The notes beneath the pieces are model-generated. The model searched no databases. It was not told where the DNA came from and saw nothing but the letters and a program-made list of their open reading frames with translations. DNA of 64,000 bases from Spirochaetia bacterium (GTDB lineage Bacteria > Spirochaetota > Spirochaetia > SP-2023). This document shows, piece after piece, positions 60,272-64,000 of the stretch. The stretch spans positions 1,120,001-1,184,000 of the forward strand of contig CBDDCK010000005.1 of NCBI GenBank assembly GCA_965225855.1, given 5' to 3'. The translations under genes and the position numbers were made by a program. Within the stretch, counting starts at the first letter, position 1; every line of letters begins with the position of its first letter.

Positions 60272-61113
60272 TATGATATACCAATCGCAGAATAAGGCAA
60301 TAGTTGTAAGTGCATCTTAAAACTCATTCCCCAGTATCGCCAATGGTAGCCATCATCTTTGGTTAGCAACAATAAATGGGGCTTATGCTGGCTGGATTCT
60401 GTCTTATTTTCTAACAAGCTTTGCAAACGGTGGTAAACGCCGGCAACGGAATCTACCAATTTTATATTTGAGTCAGAATCGAGGCCAGATGCTTGTAGTT
60501 GAGAACGCAATTGCTCTTTCACATGCAAGAAGTGAGTACAGCCCAAAACAACTTGGTCGGCACCAGAATCTAGTATCGGCTGGATAAAAGGGGCTATCGC
60601 TTGTGCTGCTGCTTTTGTTGCATCTTTTGTTAGTGCGGCCGGGCCCGGCCGCCAATGTTGTTCAATAAATTCGATCAAACTAGCAGCGTTGATAGCCTCC
60701 AGCTTACAGTCTGTGGCAAACTGCTTGTGCAGCTTGGCAACATAATCGGCTTGACTGGTACTACGCGAAGCGAGCATGGCAATTTTGCGACTTTTGGAGG
60801 CTGCGGCTGCGGGCTTTATGGCCGGAACAGTGCCTATAAATTGTTTTTGCGGAAAGCGATAACGAAGTTCATCTAAAGCCAATACAGTTGCGGTGTTGCA
60901 CAGCAATAATACCAGCCGGCAAGGGTAGCGGGATAAAGCCAAAGCAATTACTTGGCAAATGCGTTCTCGCAGTTGGCTTTGCGGTTGTTCACCAAAAGGG
61001 AAATAAGCATTGTCGGCTAGGTAAATCCAGCGCATGGGCAGTTGGCGTAAATGGTGTAAATAGGCCAAGCCACCTATACCAGAGTCAAAACAAAGAACAG
61101 TTTCCATTTCCAA
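60271..61113 (-). CDS. murI: Glutamate racemase
   Basis: FDSGIGGL, ADNAYFPFG, CNTAT, GTVPAIKPAA, VLGCTHF. Confidence 0.96.
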   Translation of the reverse strand: MEMETVLCFDSGIGGLAYLHHLRQLPMRWIYLADNAYFPFGEQPQSQLRERICQVIALALSRYPCRLVLLLCNTATVLALDELRYRFPQKQFIGTVPAIKPAAAASKSRKIAMLASRSTSQADYVAKLHKQFATDCKLEAINAASLIEFIEQHWRPGPAALTKDATKAAAQAIAPFIQPILDSGADQVVLGCTHFLHVKEQLRSQLQASGLDSDSNIKLVDSVAGVYHRLQSLLENKTESSQHKPHLLLLTKDDGYHWRYWGMSFKMHLQLLPYSAIGIS

Positions 61114-61182
61114 GTATTATGCAGATAGCTTGTTGGTTGCCAACCCTAAAAGGGTAGGCCAAAAAACTACACAAAAAGGCTG

Positions 61183-61219
61183 AAGCCCGTTTGACAATAT
61201 GGGCTTTATGCCATATGGT
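61183..61219 (+). promoter_or_regulatory. Promoter with a palindromic operator centred on the -35 box
   Basis: TTGACA (61191)-17 bp-TATGGT; near-dyad AAGCCCGTTTG-A-CAATATGGGCTT. Confidence 0.6.
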
Positions 61220-61249
61220 AGCCAAATTTTAACTTATAAGGAGTATTGT

Positions 61250-64000
61250 ATGAGAGTATACAATTTCTTGCCCCCGAAAATAACGGCCACTATCCTATGT
61301 GGGCTTTTGCTAGGCTTTGTGCTAGCGGCTTGCAATGCTGTGGCCCAGGCAAGGCCGCAGCATTGTGAAGCCGTTACGTACACCGCCAAGCCCCAAACTA
61401 AGGGCAAGCTCAAGGCCCTAATACGAGAGGCAATCAATAAAGATGGCCCCACCGCCAGCCTAAACCATATCGACACTTCCGCCATTAGCGATATGTCCAG
61501 ACTATTCTATGAGAGCAACTTTAATGGCGATATTCGCTGTTGGAACACCTCCAGCGTTACCAATATGCAAGGCATGTTTTCGTTTGCCGAGGCCTTTAAC
61601 CGTGATATTGGGGCTTGGGACACCTCTAAGGTTGGCAACATGGCAAATATGTTTGCCGGGGCTGCCAGCTTTAACCACGATATAAGTGCGTGGGACACGT
61701 CTAGCCTTGATAGAGGCAATAGCATGTTTACAAAATCGCCACTGCAATACCAGCCCGAATTGTGGCCTAAAAAAACCAGTGGCGTATGGCAACCACGGCG
61801 CGACCTAGAAGCTGCGATTGCCAAGGCCATTGCCAAAGATGGGCTCAACGCCAACCTCAACCATATCGACACCTCTGCCATTACGGATATGTCCTACCTA
61901 TTCTCTTCTAGTGAATTTAACGGCGATATTTCGCAATGGGACACCTCCAGCGTTACCAATATGAGCAGCATGTTTGAGGGTGCCGAGGACTTTAACCAGA
62001 CGATTGGCAACTGGGACACCTCCCGCGTTACCACTATGCAAGGCATGTTTGAGGGTGCCGAGGCCTTTAACCAGTCGATTGGCAACTGGGACACCTCTAG
62101 CGTTACCACTATGAAAAGCATGTTTGAGGGTGCCGAGGACTTTAACCAGACGATTGGCAACTGGGACACCTCCAGCGTTACCAATATGAGCAGCATGTTT
62201 GAGGGTGCCGAGGACTTTAACCAGACGATTGGCAACTGGGACACCTCCAGCGTTACCAATATGAGCAGCATGTTTGAGGGTGCCGAGGACTTTAACCAGA
62301 CGATTGGCAACTGGGACACCTCCCGCGTTACCACTATGCAAGGCATGTTTGAGGGTGCCGAGGCCTTTAACCAGTCGATTGGCAACTGGGACACCTCTAG
62401 CGTTACCACTATGAAAAGCATGTTTGAGGGTGCCGAGGACTTTAACCAGACGATTGGCAACTGGGACACCTCCAGCGTTACCAATATGAGCAGCATGTTT
62501 GAGGGTGCCTGGGCCTTTAACCAGCCGATTGGCGACTGGGACACCTCCAGCGTTACCAATATGGCAGGCATGTTTTATAGTGCCAATTATGGACCTACAG
62601 CCTTTTATGGACCTACAGCCTTTAACCAGCCAATTGGCAACTGGGACACCTCTAGCGTTACCACTATGAAAAGCATGTTTGAGGGTGCCGAGGCCTTTAA
62701 CCAGCCAATTGGCGACTGGGATACCTCTAGCGTTACCACTATGAAAAGCATGTTTGAGGGTGCCGAGGCCTTTAACCAGCCAATTGGCGACTGGGATACC
62801 TCACGCGTTACCAATATGAGCAGCATGTTCTCTAGTGCCAGGGCCTTTAACCAGCCAATTGGCGACTGGGACACCTCCAACGTTACCGATATGTGGGGCA
62901 TGTTTGCGGGTGCCGATGCCTTTAACCAGCCAATTGGCGACTGGGATACCTCACGCGTTACCAATATGGAAGGCATGTTCCGTTATGCCGATGCCTTTAA
63001 CCAGACGATTGGCAACTGGGACACCTCCAGCGTTACCGATATGCGCAGCATGTTTGAGGATGCCGTGGCTTTTAACCAGCCGATTGGCGACTGGGACACC
63101 TCTAGCATTACCGATATGTCGAGCATGTTCTATAATGCCAAGGCCTTTAACCAAGAACTAAGTAGCTGGGACACGTCTAGCCTTGATAGAGGCAATAGCA
63201 TGTTTACAAAATCGCCACTGCAATACCAGCCCGAATTGTGGCCTAAAAAAACCAGTGGCGTATGGCAACCACGGCGCGACCTAGAAGCTGCGATTGCCAA
63301 GGCCATTGCCAAAGATGGGCTCAACGCCAACCTCAACCATATCGACACCTCTGCCATTACGGATATGTCCTACCTATTCTCTTCTAGTGAATTTAACGGC
63401 GATATTTCGCAATGGGACACCTCCAGCGTTACCAATATGGAAGGCATGTTTGATAGTGCCGATGCCTTTAACCAGCCGATTGGCAACTGGGACACCTCCA
63501 GCGTTACCAATATGGAAGGCATGTTCCGTTATGCCGATGCCTTTAACCAGACGATTGGGCAATGGGACACCTCTAGCGTTACCAATATGGAAGGCATGTT
63601 CTATAATGCCGATGCCTTTAACCAGCCGATTGGCGACTGGGACACCTCTAGCGTTACCGATATGAAAGGCATGTTTGCGGGTGCCGATGCCTTTAACCAG
63701 CCGATTGGGGCTTGGGATACCTCACGCGTTACCGATATGAAAGGCATGTTTGCGGGTACCGATGCCTTTAACCAGCCGATTGGGGCTTGGGATACCTCAC
63801 GCGTTACCGATATGAAAGGCATGTTTGCGGGTGCCGATGCCTTTAACCAGCCGATTGGGGCTTGGGATACCTCACGCGTTACCGATATGCGCAGCATGTT
63901 TGATAGTGCCGATGCCTTTAACCAGCCGATTGGGGATTGGGACACCTCTAGCGTTACCACTATGAGCAGCATGTTTGCGTTTGCCAAGGCCTTTAACCAG
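61250..64000 (+). CDS. BspA/DUF285-type 25-aa repeat surface lipoprotein, 3'-truncated by the window and absent from the ORF track
   Basis: [37 protein letters not shown] lipobox; frame stays open to 64000 with FNQ.IG.WDTS.VT.M..MF..A.. repeats of 75 bp. Confidence 0.93.
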   Translation, partial: MRVYNFLPPKITATILCGLLLGFVLAACNAVAQARPQHCEAVTYTAKPQTKGKLKALIREAINKDGPTASLNHIDTSAISDMSRLFYESNFNGDIRCWNTSSVTNMQGMFSFAEAFNRDIGAWDTSKVGNMANMFAGAASFNHDISAWDTSSLDRGNSMFTKSPLQYQPELWPKKTSGVWQPRRDLEAAIAKAIAKDGLNANLNHIDTSAITDMSYLFSSSEFNGDISQWDTSSVTNMSSMFEGAEDFNQTIGNWDTSRVTTMQGMFEGAEAFNQSIGNWDTSSVTTMKSMFEGAEDFNQTIGNWDTSSVTNMSSMFEGAEDFNQTIGNWDTSSVTNMSSMFEGAEDFNQTIGNWDTSRVTTMQGMFEGAEAFNQSIGNWDTSSVTTMKSMFEGAEDFNQTIGNWDTSSVTNMSSMFEGAWAFNQPIGDWDTSSVTNMAGMFYSANYGPTAFYGPTAFNQPIGNWDTSSVTTMKSMFEGAEAFNQPIGDWDTSSVTTMKSMFEGAEAFNQPIGDWDTSRVTNMSSMFSSARAFNQPIGDWDTSNVTDMWGMFAGADAFNQPIGDWDTSRVTNMEGMFRYADAFNQTIGNWDTSSVTDMRSMFEDAVAFNQPIGDWDTSSITDMSSMFYNAKAFNQELSSWDTSSLDRGNSMFTKSPLQYQPELWPKKTSGVWQPRRDLEAAIAKAIAKDGLNANLNHIDTSAITDMSYLFSSSEFNGDISQWDTSSVTNMEGMFDSADAFNQPIGNWDTSSVTNMEGMFRYADAFNQTIGQWDTSSVTNMEGMFYNADAFNQPIGDWDTSSVTDMKGMFAGADAFNQPIGAWDTSRVTDMKGMFAGTDAFNQPIGAWDTSRVTDMKGMFAGADAFNQPIGAWDTSRVTDMRSMFDSADAFNQPIGDWDTSSVTTMSSMFAFAKAFNQ

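Noticed and set aside
61234..63987. Many minus-strand and off-frame ORFs in the track
   Set aside because: They are shadows of the repetitive + strand DUF285 gene, which has the RBS, lipobox and family motif.
61250..64000. Diversity-generating retroelement TR/VR pair
   Set aside because: No reverse transcriptase is present, differences between units are not adenine-specific, and all copies are in one ORF.

Overview
AT-rich bacterial chromosome segment, probably from a spirochaete (inference from gene set, lipoprotein signal peptides and protein style; not verified). The housekeeping backbone is secA, fbaA, rlpA, an M16 peptidase, lptF/G, mltG, a MATE transporter, dnaG, ilvD, a GH3 nagZ-like gene, dprA, uppP, an Slt enzyme, initiator tRNA-Met, msrBA, a membrane PPase, rsgA and murI. 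Accessory blocks interrupt it. (1) At 6.4-13.6 kb an intact Fe/B12-type ABC importer is followed by a NitT/TauT-type importer with five frameshifts, whose ATPase appears fused to a DUF364-like domain, and then DUF1971. (2) At 25.2-34.3 kb an integrase-free, defence-like island holds a single-chain R-M-S enzyme, a 22-bp array, an unknown ORF coupled to an HTH-ImmA/IrrE peptidase, a truncated TPR gene, a Panacea/SocA pseudogene and an HTH-AAA+ ATPase. (3) Two paralogous mosaic surface lipoproteins have conserved flanks and a C7 tract in the putative promoter spacer. (4) A BspA/DUF285 repeat lipoprotein runs off the window end and is absent from the ORF track. Remnants not evident from the ORF track include an HsdS TRD fragment, a TnpB-like N-terminus and an ADP-ribosylglycohydrolase tail. 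A family of shared intergenic motifs (GGTAGGCYAA, CTTCCCGTATTTA, AGCCTT arrays) marks the edges of the accessory modules. All family calls come from motif recognition by eye; no searches were run.
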